From Lama glama (lineage: Eukaryota): 64,000 nucleotides of DNA. The notes beneath the pieces are model-generated. The model worked only from the letters and a program-made list of their open reading frames with translations, made no database searches and had not been told where the DNA came from. The stretch spans positions 3,350,001-3,414,000 of the forward strand of contig CM052816.1 in assembly GCA_028534125.1 (NCBI GenBank), read 5' to 3'. Positions within the stretch are counted from its first letter, which is position 1; the number at the start of each line of letters is the position of its first letter. Below, piece after piece: positions 12,603 through 25,873 of the stretch. Made by a program: the position numbers and the translations under genes.

Positions 12603-13736
12603 TGCTGCCACCAAGAGGTGGCTCTGGGGAGTGGGCTTTATTGCACCAAATTTCCAGCACCCCCCTCAAAGCCACTGCAAATAGGTATCTACTCTAAGTA
12701 AAAACACGGGCTCTCCTTGTGAATGCAGCTTCAACTCCACCCTCCTCTTCCTGATTGGATTGCCTTCCAGAGCCCCTCTAACAAGAGGAGCTGCAGTTTT
12801 TTTCTGCACATGCACACGCGCGTGCACGGAAAACACTACGCATTTTGCTGAATGGGGTATGATCCGCCTATTCCTCAGTGGAGGCCTCGTTTTTGGGGAG
12901 AATCCAGGCTGAGTAGGGTCTGCAGGATAAAAGATCTGAGAAGCAGATCTGTTCATCCAATCGGATTGAGAAGTTTCCTCTCTGAATCATTTGCCAGTGG
13001 GAGTCAAGCCCAAAGGTAAATCCCACAAAGAACCGTGTGGAAGCCACAGGCTTTCTAAACCTGTACCTAGTGGTCCTCTGATGCATGAGCTGACTCCTGC
13101 CACGCACCTGGGCATTTGGTGAACCGAAAGGTACAGGGAGAGCTCAACACACCAAAACTATAATAACTCAGCTTTTATTTCACTGGGATTTTAAGAGGGA
13201 GAATAGCTGTGCATTGCTGTCCAACTGTGACTGAGGAACTCCGAATTGCAATTTCCACGTGTCACCCACATAACAGATGACAGTGAATGAGTATGAACAA
13301 TAACTGGTACTAGGGGCAGGACAAAAAATCATCTCCAAACTGGTTTATCATCCACCAGCTTTGCCTCTCCCAAATCCACTCACAACACTGCTGCCAGAGT
13401 ATATTTTTAAACACAGATTTGACCTTCTCTCCATGTTCAATGACACTTTTCTCTCTACAACTAGAGTTGCAACATTTTTTGTGTTTTAAAATCTAGGTCC
13501 TTGCCTAGATTTATAGCCACCGTTTCAATGTCTTTCCGTTCTGTTATCCTCACCCTTGCTGAGACCACACACACCCCTTATGCTCCAGCGATGGTCAACT
13601 GATAATAGCCTCCCAGGACATTTTGTTTCCTCTGTCCCTCCACCTGGAAAGTATTTCTCTTATTTCTGCCCAGGGGCTTGCCTAGTAAAAACATAATTCA
13701 TCTTCAAACCTGAGTCAGACATGCTGTCTCCTGTGA

Positions 13737-13875
13737 CAGTGCTTCCCAAACTTTAATGTGCATATGATCACCTGCAGATCTTGTTAAAATACAGATTCTC
13801 ATTCAGTGGGTCTCAGGTGGAGGCAGAGAATTTGCATTTCTCCCAAGCCGGTCATATTGCTGTTGCTGGTTTAGG
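13737..13875. mobile_element. hAT-Charlie MER5A-like (similar copies ~20135-20315, 22510-22690, 31078-31215, 32095-32210, 33750-33900, 43035-43120, 46929-47090)
   Basis: cagtgcttcccaaactttaatgtgcatatgatcacctgcagatcttgttaaaatacagattct. Confidence 0.7.
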
Positions 13876-14249
13876 TTCTAGGAAGTTTCCGCTGATGTCA
13901 CCTTATGCCGGATAGATTCCATCACTTTTTCTGAGCTCTTTGACCATATTTCTGTTGGTGCTCTAATTGCTGTATTATAATTTTACTTGTTCAAATGTCT
14001 GCCTTCCCAACCATGCCTGGAGTTTCTTTAAAGTAAAGACTATCTCTTTTTCATCTTTGTTTCTGTAGCACTCAGCACGGTGTATCAGAGGAACCTAGGA
14101 AATATTTGATATTTATTTGTATTTATGATATGATACATAGTCTTTACTTGCCTATGGAATTTAAAACCACATAACCATTATTATTTAAGGAAAACTTTTG
14201 GTTGTTTGACATTTGGATAAATATGGACACAGGTCTTTCAAACCATATT

Positions 14250-16551
14250 TACTAAAATACACAGCTTTATTTGACAGACGTAGCTTTTAACTTGGTGAGC
14301 TTTACAAAGGGTAAGAGATATTTGTAACATTTTTATCCTGCACATTAGCAATGACTGTACACTAATAAATATTCAACCTATCAAAATATAAATACATTGT
14401 GTCAAAAGGTACAAAATGCAAAATCTATAAAATGCATCTAGAACCAAAATTTTATATAGGGAAATTCCCTGTGAACACATGGCACCATTTTCAAAATATG
14501 AGAGGGAAAGAAAAAAAAAAACCAGGCAGGAAGCCCGTTTTACAGGATAGGACTCTCAACCTGTGTTCACTTAAAGCCTCAATGAACCTGAGCTTAGATG
14601 AGATAATACCATGCAAGGGAGAATTTTCTAAACCATACCACAGAAATCAGGGCGTCTGTATCTCCAGCCGGTCAAAATATCACATGATTTAGAAAGAGGT
14701 GATTTCAACACCACCCAATAATCTAAGTGTTTTATCTGGACACCGTAGGAAAATGAAATCTCTCTTACATCGGGGAATACCCTTCCCCACAAAGTGTCCA
14801 GGAAAACCACAGCTGGCTCAAAGTTGGAATAATAATTAAAGAAAGCATTTATGCTTCTGCAGGAGAATCTCTTAAAGCTGCTTTGAAGCCCAGCTATAAA
14901 TGGATTCATGCAACGTGACTCTGCTGGCTTGGGTGAATCAAAGGGTTAATTACTCATTTAGTAACTCCGAAGTTATTAACTCTGATGGAGGTGAGGATAC
15001 TGATGAGGGAAAAAAGCTCCTATTCCAAGTTGGAGGGCTGCACCGCCAACCTCGCTGGGCTGTGCAGGAGCAGCCTAAGTCGCTGATGGTGCTATGTTGT
15101 TGGCTTCTTCATGGGCTTTTTTTGTCTTTCCCCTCTGCTGTATTGATCTCCTCTGTAATCCCTTTCACCCTCAGTAGGAGGCAGTGCTGAATAAAAACGG
15201 AGAAGTTGCACGGGAGTCAGACCGCCGTGGGCTGGAGTTCCAGCTCTATACTTTCTAGCTCTGTCACTTCAGGCAGGTGTCCAGGCTTTTCTGTAAAATG
15301 GGAATAATAAAATCTCATGGGGTCGGTGTGAACTCAGGGTGAACTGAGATTCTGCAGATAAGGCTTGTAGCTCAGTGCACATTCACTTTACATATTCAAG
15401 TGCTCAGTCAACAGTAGGCATCCTTGTGCATCTTCAAAGGTCTCCACTCAGTGCCGGACTCAGTTTCCATCCAGGTAGTTTGAGCAAGTACAGACCCTTT
15501 GTTCCTCTCCTAGAATTTTGGGGAGACTTGAAGTCTCAACCTTAAAGATGCAAATCTCTAGGGCTTAAACAAGCTTCCGTTTCTCTGCCACACCACACCA
15601 CCCAGCACAGGGCTGCCCTCTGGTGATGAGGGTGGAAGAATTCAGAGAGGAGACTGATTCTTGGAGGACTCAGTCAGAGTCAGTGTTCAGAAGCCATTAC
15701 TTCCTCCAAGGATGCCTGCGCAAGCATCCTGTGCAGAAGGGGAGGCAGAGTCAAGCTTGGCTTGGCAGTAAAGGTAAGCGTCCAAGTGGTAACAATCCGA
15801 GGCCTTTTTCTGTACCAGTTGGTTCCACCATCTGATGCCCAGACACCAGATACCCAACGATCCAATAGTGGGATCAGAGTTGTTCACCCCAGTGCATCAT
15901 GCTCCCATCAAGGAGAGAGGTGGCAGTGTACTCTATGGGTGAAAAATAAATCTGCTTCTCAGAACATCCGGCCTCTGATGTAAGCAGCTGTTCCATCATC
16001 CTCTAAGGCAGGAAGCTGCGGCTGACAGCATCATAGCGCACAGCTTACTCTTTCTGACTTTAATTAACTCACTGGCTCTCTTGGAAAAAAGAGTCGTGCT
16101 CCTCCTTCTTCTGGCCTCATGTCCTCGGATTCTGTGTTGTCGGGTCAAATAAAAAGCCCCTTGCCCATAAACTTTAGATCCCTATTTAAAAAAATAATGA
16201 AAGTAACAATCTGGGGTCCTCCCCCATCTCTCCCTTTCTCTAAGAAGTGCAAGAAACGTGCCCTGAAAGCTGTCAGCTGAGGTTTGCGCACCGCCAGAGA
16301 CAGAGGCGGGGGGAGGGGAGAGACATCGCCGCTGCTCTGGCCCCGCCCCCAGTTCAGTGGCGGAGCCTCCCGCCGGTGACCCAGTGCCAGCCTCTGTCAG
16401 GGTGCTGCCTCTGCAGCAGCTTAGGGACTGGCACACAGGCCAGCTGCCTCTGGGAGTCCTGTGCCAGTGGCAGCTCTTAATGCTCTATGGAGGGAAGGCT
16501 CCCTTCCCCCACTCAGGATCTGCAGCCTGGGGCCCAGCGCTGAGTCTCTGT
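14250..16551 (-). other. ITK: ITK 3' UTR (~2.3 kb; end approximate)
   Basis: Runs from the stop codon to an AATAAA at 14266-14271 (minus) after an AU-rich terminal segment; length similar to the human ITK 3' UTR as recalled. Confidence 0.7.
14266..14271 (-). terminator. ITK: Polyadenylation signal AATAAA of ITK
   Basis: tttatt on plus; followed on minus by GU/U-rich gctgtgtattttagt. Confidence 0.65.
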
Positions 16552-16623
16552 TCAAAGTCCCAATTCTGCGATTTCAGACAGTTGACTCAAGAGTCTGGAG
16601 AAAGGGGGCCGGTTTTCTGGTTT
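16552..16623 (-). CDS. ITK: ITK exon 17 coding part with stop
   Basis: tttctag|AAA; KPENRPPFSRLLSQLSEIAELGL-TGA; 72 nt. Confidence 0.97.
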   Translation of the reverse strand, partial: KPENRPPFSRLLSQLSEIAELGL

Positions 16624-16789
16624 CTAGAAAGGGAAGAAAAGAACTCTGAGTTCCTCGTACTTGTGTGGCATAGCTAAATCCAAAGCAAACCAGAATTAAA
16701 TAGCAATACCCTCTGCTGACTTTTAAATAGGCTTCCATATATATTATACTGGAGGCCATTATGTCTTAGTTGTTAATAGCCGATATCTT

Positions 16790-16958
16790 GGAATCATAAA
16801 GCTTGCTTTTGAATCTCAGCTTTTCCACTCATTAGCTGTGTGACCTTGAGCAGGTTACTTAACCTCTTTGAACCTCAGCTTTGTCATCTGTAAAATGGGG
16901 ATAATACTATTATCTGTCTCATAAGATTGTTGTCAGAATTAAGTAAAATCATGTATAA
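16790..16958 (+). mobile_element. MIR SINE (other MIR-like copies ~7810-7950, 9170-9320, 9965-10080, 10430-10640, 15200-15410, 25560-25650, 34520-34630, 42390-42510, 45090-45350, 53480-53660)
   Basis: Core tagctgtgtgaccttgagcaggttacttaacctctttgaacctcagctttgtcatctgtaaaatggggataata. Confidence 0.85.
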
Positions 16959-16959
16959 A

Positions 16960-17470
16960 AATACAGCATAAAATAAGGCTAAATAACACCCCCAAAGAGA
17001 CAATACTTAGATATAAATCTCACAAAACCTGTATAGGATCTATATTAGGAAAAATACAATTCTAAAACAAGAAATCAAAGAAGATCTTAATAAATGGAGA
17101 AATATTCCATGTTCATGGATAGGAAGAATTTGTATTGTTAAGATGACATTTCTTTTCAACTTGATCTATAGGTTCGACACAATCACAATAAGAATCCCAG
17201 CAAATTATTTTGTAGATATTATCAAATGGACATTTGTCAGAACTCATAGAACCGTGCAGTAAAAACAGTGAACCTTAATGTAAATTATGGGCTTTAGTTA
17301 ACAATAATGTATCAGTGGTGGTTGATTAATTGCAACAAGTGTACCACACTAATACAAAATATTATTAATAGTAGAGAAGGGCAGACGAGAACTCTCTCCA
17401 CTATTTGCTCAATTTTCTATACATCTAAAACTTCTAAACAATAAGGTCTATTAATTTTTAAAAATTAATA
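16960..17470 (+). mobile_element. L1 fragments (ORF2 piece plus L1M 3' UTR), ITK intron 16
   Basis: aaatcaaagaagatcttaataaatggagaaatattccatgttcatggataggaaga (ORF2 KWxxIPCSWIG-type) then gaaccttaatgtaaattatggg. Confidence 0.8.
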
Positions 17471-18358
17471 GACGTTTAAGAGAAAAAAGTACTAAGTAAA
17501 TTTCGACTATCATAATTCTTATAGTATTTAATTCTTGTCAAGTGGACTAGATTTATTTTGTGCCCATTTTTATGTCTTTATTGCTTATTTCTTTGTTTCT
17601 GATGACAAAACTCTATGAACTTACAGATCAGGCTTCATTTAATTCTCTTACCAGTAAGAAAAAGGAATTTCAGAGAATGGTGCAAGATTAATGATTAAGA
17701 AATGATAAAGCTGAGATAAAACCCAAGTATCCTGTACTTTTCCAGTCCTCCCTTGTTACCCTTCAATGATCTGAATTTGTGCTACCTCTCTGTTTAGCAA
17801 CTTTCAACTGTGGTTGAAATTTAAAATTTCCTAACTCAATGAAGGACATCTAAGACTCATGCTGATGTGACTTGAGGCATAGCCTGTCAGCCAAGGATAA
17901 CTGAGCTGTCTGGAGGGTGCAGAGTAATTGGCTCCCATTCTGAATTGTTATATGAATAAAATTAGTTTTAATTCAGTCATTTTAATATTTTCACAGCACT
18001 GGTGAACTTCTGTTCACCAGTTTATAGAACTGACTTTGTGTAGACTTAATGGTTTTATGATGTTACAGATGTTTTTTTCCTCAGAAAATTGACATAGGCC
18101 TTATCCTCTCTTCCTTTCTGACAGTATGTTGATGGCTTGTAACATTATATTGCAAATCAAATAATATTTAAGGTCCCCGCCAGCTCGTTTAGGGATGGAG
18201 AACTTCTTTAGTTAATTGATGCTCAGAGTTGCTTTCCTGCTAATCTATTTTGTCATCCCTACTGCCTCATCCTCTAAGAGGGCTCCTTTCTTTAGGGATG
18301 AGAGCAGAGCTTGAAGTTGCAGATTACAATGCAGAGGGAAACCACTTCCTTTACTGAC

Positions 18359-18516
18359 CTCTTTCCAGCAATGATTCATGATCTGGTAGATATGCGAGGA
18401 GGCCAGTCGGGGCTTGTATAACCGAAATCCAGTGGTGATGTCTTCCACCACCTCTGAATTGCTTCGGTTTTCATATGGGATTTTGCCCTCGCTAAAGACT
18501 TCCCACATCAGCACAC
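18359..18516 (-). CDS. ITK: ITK exon 16 (kinase C-lobe)
   Basis: tcatag|GT GTG; (G)VLMWEVFSEGKIPYENRSNSEVVEDITTGFRLYKPRLASSHIYQIMNHCWKE; donor GAG|gtcagt; 158 nt. Confidence 0.98.
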
Positions 18517-19251
18517 CTATGAAAAATGGTGAGTGCAGCACAGATACGGTAAAGTTCATAAATAGCACAGAAAACAAACAAACGAACAAACTTACAACTA
18601 GAAGTCACAGACTCCTTGACATTAGGATTCAAGTCCCTACCACCAGAAAGTACAATATCAAGCCACCTGAGGCCCATTGAGCCGGCACTATTTCCAAAGA
18701 ACAGAGATTTCCCAACCTTTCTAGTGGTGAAGAACTTTCAAGCTCAGCCCTTTGTTATATCTAACTTAAATGCTACTACTAACAGTTGCAGGGGGTGTAA
18801 ACTCAAATGTCTACACGTGATGTAAATGAATGAAGTGGATGAGGTGTGCTAGAATAGGGACTAATGAGGACTGTGGAAAATTGGAGGTCAAAACTTCTGT
18901 CTTAAGGGGACAGCTCTGATTTAGCTCCAGCCAACATAGGGCACATGGGAATGAGAGCTCTGGATTGCAGCATTTTCTGATTTTTAAAGAGAAGTCATAA
19001 ATTGGGAGTTTTAAAATATAAACTCAATTTGATTTTTAAAAAATAGCTGTCACCAGAATCCTGTTCTCTCTTTTATTACTACCCGTCACTTCAAAAATGT
19101 CCAAGAACAAATATGATAGTGAGGGCCCCTTCATTCTTTTCAGAGCTGTTTTTACAGATACTCAGTGGGATGCCCTCACCACCCAGCATTCAGGGAAAGT
19201 AGGGTTGCCTGAATTTGACAAATAAAGCAGCTGGCCCACAGTCCCAGGTCA

Positions 19252-19485
<234 letters not shown>

Positions 19486-19489
19486 TTAC

Positions 19490-19554
19490 CTTGTCATTCC
19501 AAAGTCGGACACCTTGATGACTTGATTTTCTCCAACTAAACAATTCCGGGCAGC
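19490..19554 (-). CDS. ITK: ITK exon 14 (catalytic loop, DFG)
   Basis: ccag|GCT; AARNCLVGENQVIKVSDFGMT(R); donor AG|gtaata; 65 nt; followed by a 90-nt intron. Confidence 0.98.
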
Positions 19555-19744
19555 CTGGGGAGGAGACAGGCAAACAAAAGGGAAAGGAAAACTTGGTGCG
19601 TAATCAGTAATTAAGGAGTCTTCTGTAATCATAGTCCTTTGCTTATCTAAGCGCTGTTGTATAGGGCAAAGAGGAGCTTCATGAATGTTAATTAAGCGTC
19701 ACTGGTGCCTGAAGGGAAGTTGTATGTGTAAGATCCTTTATCAG

Positions 19745-19870
19745 TTTTTTTTGGGGGGGTGGTAATTAGGTTTATTTATTTATTTATTTTTTAATGGAGG
19801 CACTAGGGATTGAACCTAGGACCTCATGCATGCTAAGCATGTGCTCTACCACTGAGCTACAGCCTCCCGC
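19745..19870 (-). mobile_element. tRNA-derived SINE, Vic-1-like (ITK intron 13)
   Basis: Same family; TSD agatcctttatcag / agattctttatcag. Confidence 0.87.
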
Positions 19871-20597
19871 CTACAGATTCTTTATCAGGATAAGTAAATC
19901 TGGTCTTTTATCTTCATTCCTGGGATCCTAATCTGAAAAGAAATCCATGATGTTGTGTAACCAACGATAAACTCCAATGTAACCTGATGTTAATCTTAGG
20001 GACGGTACAGAGAAGCTGTCACCCACTTGACTAAAATAAGAATATTTTGAGGTTGCTGATTCTCTTAAAACTATTCTTCAGTAGCAAGAGCACCTGGTCC
20101 CTAATTCGTATCACAGAATGTTGCACGGGAAGAGCCCTTAGCGATAAAAGATCCAGTGTGTCTCAAATATTAATCTGCCTGCAAATCCCAATGCAGGGTC
20201 AGGGGGAAGACATGTTAAAATGAATAGTCTGGAGCCCCAACCCCCAGAGATTCTGAGGCTGGGTTTACAATCACCCCAATGTGATTCTGATAGATTCCTG
20301 GAAGGTACTTGGAGAAAACAGGTGCTTGTCAATTTCCCTCATTTTACCAAGGGGAAACCAAGACCTAGAGAGGTTAAGGAGAGGCTGTTAGCTTCCTTTT
20401 GGAAGAGTGTAAACTCCGACTTAGTCGGGTTACGTGAGGACATCCCAAAGTTGAGGCAGGGAGGAGGAGGCGAAGAGGGGGAGGGGTGGCCTGTGCCTTG
20501 TTACTGATTCATGCACCCCCATCTTGGTAGCTCTCTATTTCAGTGGGACACACCCCTTCACCCTGGGCCTGCGGGACTTTGCCAGGCACACTCTTAC

Positions 20598-20814
20598 CAG
20601 GTCTCTGTGGATAACACACTCCTTCTCCAGGTAGGCCATGCCCTCACACACGTCCAGGCACATGCCCAGCAGGGTTTCTGCGGCAAAGAGCCCCCGCTGG
20701 TTGCGTAGGTAGTCAGACAGGCAGCCGTGCTCCATGAACTCAAACACCAAACAGAGAGGGGATTGCTCCAGGCACACTCCATAGAGCTGGACCAGTTTGG
20801 GGTGAGAGAGTTTC
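20598..20814 (-). CDS. ITK: ITK exon 13 (kinase hinge with Cys442-equivalent, HRD)
   Basis: ccag|[76 protein letters not shown]; donor CTG|gtaaga; 217 nt. Confidence 0.98.
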
Positions 20815-21203
20815 CTGGAAAAAATGGCAAGGGAGGAGATGGTCTATATTCAGTCTCCCAAGAATACACTCCCTCCCCTCAAACAAAAACACGTCACTGA
20901 GCTGAGACCCAAAGGCCAGCAGGCGGTCAGCTGGTGTGGGTGAGGACGAACACAGGCCATTGTGGCTGGCATGCTGTGAACCAGAGGAGTGATGCGGAGG
21001 CAATGAGACTGGGGAGCAGGCAAGGCCAGACCAGGGAGGGCCTCGCAAGCCACAGCGAGGAGTTGGGTTTCATTCTCCTTGCCTTAGGAAGCCATCGCTG
21101 GACTCAAGCAGGGAAGGGGCACAAGATGGCCTCAGAATGGTCTTTAAAGGACACAGCACATCCTCCCAAGGGCATCTCTGCGTGCTCTTGATTTGCCTAC
21201 TTA

Positions 21204-21455
<252 letters not shown>

Positions 21456-21674
21456 CTATATAGAATGTTAGCCTATTGTTAATTCAACTCCAAAATGGCA
21501 AAGGGTATAAGCCCTTATACTTAGAACTATAAGATAGATAAGAATTATTATCTTTCCTTCCCAGAAATAACATAGACTATGCATTGAAAACCAAGAAAAA
21601 TGTGTGTGGGGACAATTACATGGCAAGAGGAAGGAAGGTAGCACTAATTGAGATATGAAAGAAAGTCAAGGAGT

Positions 21675-21814
21675 GGGGAGGGTAGAGCTCAGTGGCAGAG
21701 TGTGTGCTGAGCATGCACAAGGTCCTGGGTTCAATCCCCAGTACCTCCATTAAAAATAAATAAAATTTAAAAACCCTAATTACCACCCTCCCACCTCTAA
21801 ATTAAAAAAAAAAA
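21675..21814 (+). mobile_element. tRNA-derived SINE, Vic-1-like (ITK intron 11)
   Basis: ggggagggtagagctcagtggcagag...ggttcaatcccc; polyA; TSD aaagtcaagga on both sides. Confidence 0.88.
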
Positions 21815-21879
21815 AAGTCAAGGAAAGGGTCCTTGGAAGGTCCCAACCATTTCCTATACCTGATCGAAAAATTTTGGCA

Positions 21880-22020
21880 GGGGAAAGGTACAGCTCAAGT
21901 GGTAGAGCTCATGCTTAGCATGCACAAGGTCCTGGGTTCAATCCCCAGTACCCCCTCCAAAAATAAATAAATAAATATATAAATAAACCTAATTGCCTGA
22001 CCCTGCCTTAAGAAAAATAG
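21880..22020 (+). mobile_element. tRNA-derived SINE, Vic-1-like (second copy in intron 11)
   Basis: gggaaaggtacagctcaagtggtagag...ggttcaatcccc; (aaat)n tail. Confidence 0.87.
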
Positions 22021-23339
22021 GAAAAGAAATTATTTTATTGTGATTTTTCACATAGAGTGAATTTAATTTGAACTGATTATTCTTGCATTCGTTTATCCAT
22101 CAAGAGCATCCGTGATGAACAGCACACTCACAAGGCCTTAGCAGGGGTAGGGGTAAGGTGGTGGATTCCGAGAGGACCGGTACAGAGGGACAAGCCAGCA
22201 CAGGGTCAGTGCTCAATAAATGTTCAATAAGTGAATAAAAGGGCTCCAAATCTCAACTTTCACACTGACCAAGTAAGTGGGTGCTAAGATACTCTCTTGG
22301 CTTCCATCCAGCTTGGACACATTAGGATTCTTCAGGTGTTAGAATTACTTTATTAAAGGAGGCGAAGGGGCATTATCCTTTCCTGATGCTTGATCGAGTA
22401 CCATAAACAGTTCAATTTCCGCCTCTTCGAGGCAGAGACTCAACAGAAAACTCTACTGAGCACTTCCTGTGCACAGGTACGTTGCTGGTTAAGGACGGAG
22501 AACCCGTGGCAGTGTGTCTCAAAGCGTTACCCCCCGTGTCAAAATCACCTAGCGTGCTTGTTGAAAATGCAACTCGAGGACCCCACTGTCAGGGGTTGTG
22601 TTTTGGGAAGCGTTGGGTTGCGGCCAGGAGTCACCACTTTTAATAAGCATCATAGATCACTTTGATGTACACTGAAGTTTGAGAACCACCAGTCCAGAAG
22701 ATATAAAATGAAAGTTACACCAGCCTTCTCAGCCAGCACAGTTTGAACCAGGGGATTCAAACTCAAATGCCTTCAGGTTCCAGGCAGAACATCACAAGCG
22801 GATGAAACCGTTCCACAGGACAAGAAGGACAAGCAGACCCTATATGCCTGCCTTAAAGCATTCAAAAACATTTTAACACAGTGCTAGGCAGACACTTCTG
22901 GATGCTGCTCGCTTATAGCCCTTGCCATGGACTCCTACCCCAAAAAACCAGATGTTACAGACGTTCCTGAAGATAAGCAGGAACCCAGGGCTACAGCACT
23001 CATTTCCAATGGTTTGTTTCTAATAGCATTTAGCAGAGTGCTGTGTACAAAGTGGGTCCTCAATAAACACTTCATTGATGAACTGTTACCTGAAACCAAT
23101 GGATATTGACCAAGATAAATGTGCCTATATATATATACCTATATATATATATGTATATCTTAACACACACACATTGTAAATGTTCATTTGTGCACACCAT
23201 CTCCAGACAGTGTACCTGTTTTCATGATCATTTTAAGTCTGGGGAAGAGGGCTCATGGAAAGTGCATTCAGAATTTGCCCCAGAACTTTAGGGATGTGAA
23301 TTTGTGCAAATGCATAACATTCCCAACTGCATTGCTTAC

Positions 23340-23414
23340 CATATCTCAGCCCTGCGGTGACTGGGGCTCTCTGCCTCCAGGAACAAACTGGATACCGGAG
23401 TCTAGTGACCAGGC
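23340..23414 (-). CDS. ITK: ITK exon 11 (SH2 end / linker)
   Basis: cccag|GC CTG; (G)LVTRLRYPVCSWRQRAPVTAGLRY; donor G|gtaagc; 75 nt. Confidence 0.97.
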
Positions 23415-23798
23415 CTGGGTTGATTAAAAGGTGAAATGTGGTCATCAGAGCTTTACTGCACCAACCATTCAAGTCAAATCACCAAGAAAAAATATAGAAT
23501 CCAATGCAAAAGCTATTTTCATTTCTGGAAAACAAATTTCCAAAGCCCCATCACTGATGTTACACCCTCCTGGAGAAGCAGTGTAATGTCACAGGTGGGC
23601 AGGAAGTGAAATCTCATGATTCTAGCAGCAGAATTTGCTAATGGAAAATACACAATGTAGTCAAATATTTGGCGTCCTTTTCTATTTATATATTTAGTTA
23701 TTATTTAGGGTCGGCTTGTCTGAGATGAAGAAACCCAGTGGGGCGTTTGTCAGTTTTCTCCAGTGGGTGCCCCTCTGGCCTCGTCCCTTAGAACTCAC

Positions 23799-23932
23799 CT
23801 CCTCCGTTGTGCTGGTGATAATTGACGAGGAGCGGGATGGAATCAAACACATACTTTTCAGCCACGTAATATCGCTTGGGGTTGTCATTTGTTTCTTTGA
23901 TGTGATAGTGCTTTATGCAGGGGTTGTTCTCA
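23799..23932 (-). CDS. ITK: ITK exon 10 (SH2)
   Basis: tttaag|T GAG; ENNPCIKHYHIKETNDNPKRYYVAEKYVFDSIPLLVNYHQHNGG; donor G|gtgagt; 134 nt. Confidence 0.97.
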
Positions 23933-24296
23933 CTTAAACAAATGAAATATAAATGCGGTGATTATTAAGAAACAATGTTTTGACACAAAAATTTCTACTG
24001 GTAGCAGATTCCTATTCACTCTGTGTTTCACCCTCTCACAAGGATGGCAGATGTGTTTCAACTTGTGTGTCAGTCTCGACAGATTGGCCCTGGGTGCTGG
24101 GTTAAGAAGGATCTGCTGAGGTTGTATCTGGACCCAGTTAGAATCGGTACCAAGATTGATTGGTGATGTTTCTTCCACAACCACAGAACGGGGGAGTGGT
24201 CTTGTAAGTGCTGTATGTTTGCCTTCCCTGCTGTTTGGACTTAATCGTCAGCAAATGTTAAGGAAGCATCCTGGCCCCTTCATACTTATTTGACTT

Positions 24297-24838
24297 TGGG
24301 TAGCGAAGAGTTAACATAGCAGCCCTGACTGCTATTCTTAGAAAGGTCTACTTGCAAGATTGGCCCTTGGATGGCATCTGAGAACTTGGATTTCAGGAGG
24401 GCTCTCGCCATTCTCTAACTGATGTGGATGGTGCCCTGTGCCTAAACTGCATAAACAATGTGGTTTGTGCTCAACGCTTGCTTTTCTTCTGAGAGTCTGG
24501 AGTTCTGCTGTGTGCTAGGCAGAGGGTGCTCCGTGACCAGCCCCCACTGAAAGCCTTGAGTGCTGAGTCTCTCCTGTGCTTCCCTAGTGGTCACCATCTC
24601 ACCCCTGTTGTTGCACTTGGGGCCGGGGGATTTAAGCACGTCCGGCGTGACTCCACCAGGAGAGGGCTCTTGAGAGTTGGCGTCTGCCTTCCTGCCCCAT
24701 GCGCCTTTTCCTTACACTGCTTTTGTTTGTATCCTTTCACTCTGATAAATCTTAGCCTTGAGTACAACTACATGCCAAGTCCGGCAAGCCTTCTTGTTGA
24801 CCGTTGACCGTGGGCTGATCTTGGGGACCGCCAATACA
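24297..24838 (+). mobile_element. Solo ERVL LTR, MER68-like (ITK intron 9)
   Basis: gaagagttaacatagcagccctgactgctattcttagaaagg...ttggcccttgg at 5' end; ends ttggggaccgccaataca. Confidence 0.7.
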
Positions 24839-25790
24839 GCCTGTATCTCTTGTTTCTTCTCCATCTTATGGAGCGGCGGGTCCCAGGCCCGGCAGAGGCA
24901 CAGCCCCTCTGTGATGGGCACCGCCTTGTTTCCCCGCCCTGGACCACGCCCTTGCTCTTCACCACCTGCCTACGTCCTGCTCTTGCTCCGAGTCTTACTG
25001 ACGCCCTCCATCCTCTAACAAGTATTCCCTGAGGGCACCTTACAAAGAATTTTTCTCTTTTCTCTTAATTCTTATTGGACTTTGGTCATTGCCAAACTGC
25101 TTAGCTCTTACTGATTTTCTAGTTAGAAGAGAATTTGAGACCTGGAAAGGCTCTTAGACATTGCTTTACAGAGAAGGAAGCTGAGGTCTGCAGAAGACAG
25201 AGCAGCAGTGAGGGTCAGTCAGCTGGCTGGAGCTCCTCCCTCCTCCCTCCTCCCTCCTCTCTCCTTTCTTGTGTACCATTGCCTCAGAAGGGGCCGGCAG
25301 CTCTCTGTGCGAATGGAGCGTGGTAGTCCCTGCCTTCCGGGCTTATGAGGGTTGGCAATGTTCTGCAAGATTCTGGCACGTAGTCGTGACTCAGTAAGTA
25401 TATGCAGCCTTATTAGCAGAGCTAGACCCAGATTTCGTGTCTTCTCACTTGCAGTCAAAAATATCTTTTCTGTTCTTCTTTGTATTAAATTATAAACTCA
25501 GCAAACAAGGGCCAGGTATTTTATTTCTTTAGAGGTGTGCACTCAGGGCTGCTAGCTGGGAGGAGAACCTGGCACCCGGCCCCAGCTCTGTCACTTTCCA
25601 GCTGAGTGACTTTAGTTATGGCTTTAATCTCCCTGACCTTGGTTTTCTCGGAGGGATCAGGGGAAACACACCAATTCTAGTGACCCCCACCCCCAGCTCT
25701 TGCACTGTCCGATATGCTGCTGTGTGGTCCATGGCTCACCCACCCCAGGACTGGCTCTCCCCACTTTGCTGAGCTGAGCTGGCACCATAC

Positions 25791-25873
25791 CTTACGATGG
25801 CCTTGGTGAAAACAGACACGGTGTATGTTCCGGGAGTCCTGGAGTCTCGTACCATGAAGGCTCCTTCTTTGCC
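25791..25873 (-). CDS. ITK: ITK exon 9 (SH2)
   Basis: ccag|GGC; GKEGAFMVRDSRTPGTYTVSVFTKAIV(S); donor AG|gtatgg; 83 nt. Confidence 0.97.
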
